From: Polyangiales bacterium
Lineage (GTDB): Bacteria; Myxococcota_A; Polyangia; Polyangiales; Houyiibacteriaceae
Assembly: GCA_045106895.1 (NCBI GenBank)
Contig: JBGCFM010000181.1
Span: 1-16,035 of the forward strand
Length of the DNA: 16,035 bases
Direction: 5' to 3'
A program made the translations under genes and the position numbers. The notes beneath the pieces were generated by a model that worked only from the letters and a program-made list of their open reading frames with translations, was not told the DNA's origin and made no database searches. Position 1 is the first letter of the stretch, and each line of letters starts with the position of its first letter. Positions 14,428-16,035 of this stretch are shown in pieces.

Positions 14428-15737
14428 ATTTCGCGGTAACGGGCGATGCGCGTGGACAGCGCTGCGGCGAAGCCGAACTCTGACTGACAGATAGACTGGA
14501 GGATCACGCCTGCGCCTGCAGCCTGAAGGCCTTCGGCGACGCGTACGATTCGCACAGGCGGATACGCCCGTCCACGGCCCGGCACGTCGCAGGAAGCAGT
14601 CAGCTGACTCGGCATGACGGGGTCCGGCGTGTTGACCATCCGTGGGTCGCGTCCGGCTTCTGGACCGACGAGGGCGTCATAGTCCGGGGAGACGCCGGGC
14701 GGTGGGACGAGGTCAACGGGGATGCCGGACACGACGTGAAAGAGGAGACGTTCTGGCGGATGCACGGCGAGAAGTCCGTCGACGTAGCGCTCAACAGGAT
14801 GCAACGCCGCGTCTTCGTAGCGCGAGCAACGTAGATTGAGGTCCGGGTCGGTGAAGGTGGCGCTGTCCCGATTGTAGATGTCCGGGTTCGCAGCGGAGCA
14901 GTCGTCCTCGTCGGTGAGCATCACGACGACAAGAAGCGAGTCCTCTCGGGCGAAGCCCTCATTGGCTACGTCACCATGGCCGCGGCTTCCGTTGACGAAG
15001 GTGGTGGCGGCCGTCTCGCTCGTCACGCTCTTGAGCATCGCGTCGAGCTGCTGCTCAAAACCGCAGCCCTGCGTTCCAAGAGAGAGCAGACACGCGGCGG
15101 CATCCGTGAAATCATCCACGTCACCTCCAGGCTGCAGCGCGAGGAATGGCGGTTCCCCTCCAGGGATGTCTGTGCATCCGGCCCCGTTCGTCGCACGACT
15201 GAGAATTCCGTCGTCGCCGAAGTTGGGCTCGTCGCACGTGGGTATCGTGAACCCGCCGGTGCCGAGGTCGGAGGACACGACGCCCACTCGCAGGTCCGTC
15301 ACCGGCGCAAAGGTCGTGCCGCCACCGGGCGTTTGGCCGCTCGCCAAGCCGTTGATGAACGCCGGAAGCTCGGCGACGAGGGACGCCTGTTCCTCGCTCA
15401 TCGAACCGGAGTTATCGATAGCGAAGAGAATGTCGACGGCGTCCACCGGAGGACGCGGGCCAACGTCCGCGGTGACGTCGGGTCGTGCTGCGTCCATCGG
15501 ACCAGAATCGGGCGTATCCGCATCGGAACCGCTCGGACCCGTGTCGGCTCCGCCGCACATACACTCGCCGAACGCCGTGCCGTCGGCGTTGCACACTTGC
15601 CCGCCAGCGCAGCCGCCGGCGCCAACGCAGGCGACGGACGCTCCCGGCGTACAAGTGCTAGGCGTCGAGTCGTCGCCGCAGCCAAAAGAGACCGTCAGTG
15701 AGACGGCGAAGAAAAGGGCTCGTAAGCGGTAATTCAT
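14424..15737 (-). CDS. vWA-domain lipoprotein of the myxobacterial CglB-like family (437 aa; alternative start ATG 15755)
   Basis: Starting at ATG 15737 gives MNYRLRALFFAVSLTVSFG-C20-GDD, then a 6-Cys module and a D-x-G linker. The vWA domain reads VDILFAIDNSGSMSEEQ (MIDAS DxSxS at 15402-15416), LRVGVVSSDLG, GCGFEQQL, LVVVMLTDEDDCS, QSIC. Orthology to cglB is not claimed. Confidence 0.85.
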   Translation of the reverse strand: MNYRLRALFFAVSLTVSFGCGDDSTPSTCTPGASVACVGAGGCAGGQVCNADGTAFGECMCGGADTGPSGSDADTPDSGPMDAARPDVTADVGPRPPVDAVDILFAIDNSGSMSEEQASLVAELPAFINGLASGQTPGGGTTFAPVTDLRVGVVSSDLGTGGFTIPTCDEPNFGDDGILSRATNGAGCTDIPGGEPPFLALQPGGDVDDFTDAAACLLSLGTQGCGFEQQLDAMLKSVTSETAATTFVNGSRGHGDVANEGFAREDSLLVVVMLTDEDDCSAANPDIYNRDSATFTDPDLNLRCSRYEDAALHPVERYVDGLLAVHPPERLLFHVVSGIPVDLVPPPGVSPDYDALVGPEAGRDPRMVNTPDPVMPSQLTASCDVPGRGRAYPPVRIVRVAEGLQAAGAGVILQSICQSEFGFAAALSTRIARYREI

Positions 15738-15768
15738 GGTGCGAGTACCGCCCATGGGCCGGCCCTTG

Positions 15769-16035
15769 TCAAGACAGGGCGACGAGCTGACGCAGGCTCC
15801 TCGCCTGCTCCTCGGAGGGCAGAGACAGAGCTTCTTGGAGGTCCGCCACCTCGGGATGCGCGAGAGCTTCGAGGGCCTCACCCACGTAGGCCGCATCGAT
15901 GGGAGCGAGTGCCACGGCGACGCCCACTCGGACACGGAACGGCACCTTCGCGTCACGGAGGAGTTCCTTGGCGCTCTCCACGGACGCGGGGGCTTCGCGA
16001 AAACTGGTCACGTCAAAACGCCCGCGAACTCTCTT
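15769..16035 (-). CDS. 3' end of a hypothetical protein (start lies beyond the window)
   Basis: The frame is open from the window edge: KRVRGRFDVTSFREAPASVESAKELLRDAKVPFRVRVGVAVAL...QLVALS-stop. It looks like an amphipathic helical, HEAT-like C-terminus and is co-directional with the vWA gene, with a 31-bp gap. Confidence 0.65.
   Translation of the reverse strand, partial: KRVRGRFDVTSFREAPASVESAKELLRDAKVPFRVRVGVAVALAPIDAAYVGEALEALAHPEVADLQEALSLPSEEQARSLRQLVALS

Noticed and set aside
14424..15737. Assigning the gene symbol cglB
   Set aside because: Myxobacteria carry multiple vWA lipoproteins of this type, and orthology cannot be shown without a phylogeny or glt synteny.
15744..15772. Perfect TTGACA (minus strand, 15767-15772) and overlapping GC palindromes upstream of the vWA gene
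   Set aside because: TTGACA contains the upstream gene's TGA stop, and the hexamer 17 nt downstream (GGTACT) lacks the key T-A. The 10-bp GC palindromes are plausible by chance, so the evidence is too weak to call a promoter.
15738..15956. N-terminal extension of the vWA ORF in the ORF track (510 aa)
   Set aside because: It overlaps the upstream CDS in another frame and would bury the lipoprotein signal peptide. ATG 15737 (or 15755) is the plausible start.
1..16035. CRISPR arrays, tRNA/rRNA, IS elements, prophage or known defence genes
   Set aside because: I saw no spaced repeats, RNA gene signatures, or transposase, integrase or nuclease motifs. All intergenic gaps are under 100 bp and composition looks uniform.

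Overview
GC-rich (about 65% by eye), gene-dense bacterial DNA. The lipoprotein styles (Cys-rich modules, D-A/S/T-G linkers, a CglB-like vWA protein) suggest Myxococcota, probably Polyangiales/Sandaracinaceae-like; this is an inference. There are nine complete CDSs and one that runs off the right edge, and seven of the nine complete CDSs carry an export signal. On the minus strand, a monohaem DUF1592/DUF1588-type lipoprotein and a Tat-signal DUF1552 protein precede two ~1230-aa paralogous proteins with jelly-roll, TPR, DUF3857 and transglutaminase-like domains. Divergent from these are a 7-bladed propeller lipoprotein and a lipoprotein with six 4-Cys modules. Next come a 2-TM conserved protein, a tandem universal stress protein and the vWA (MIDAS) lipoprotein. 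The most notable signal is the translationally coupled transglutaminase-like pair. The secreted copy has an intact Cys-His-Asp triad, while the lipid-anchored copy has lost Cys and His, suggesting an uncharacterised enzyme/pseudoenzyme complex in the cell envelope. No RNA genes, mobile elements or CRISPR arrays were seen. Family names come from motif recognition, not from database searches.
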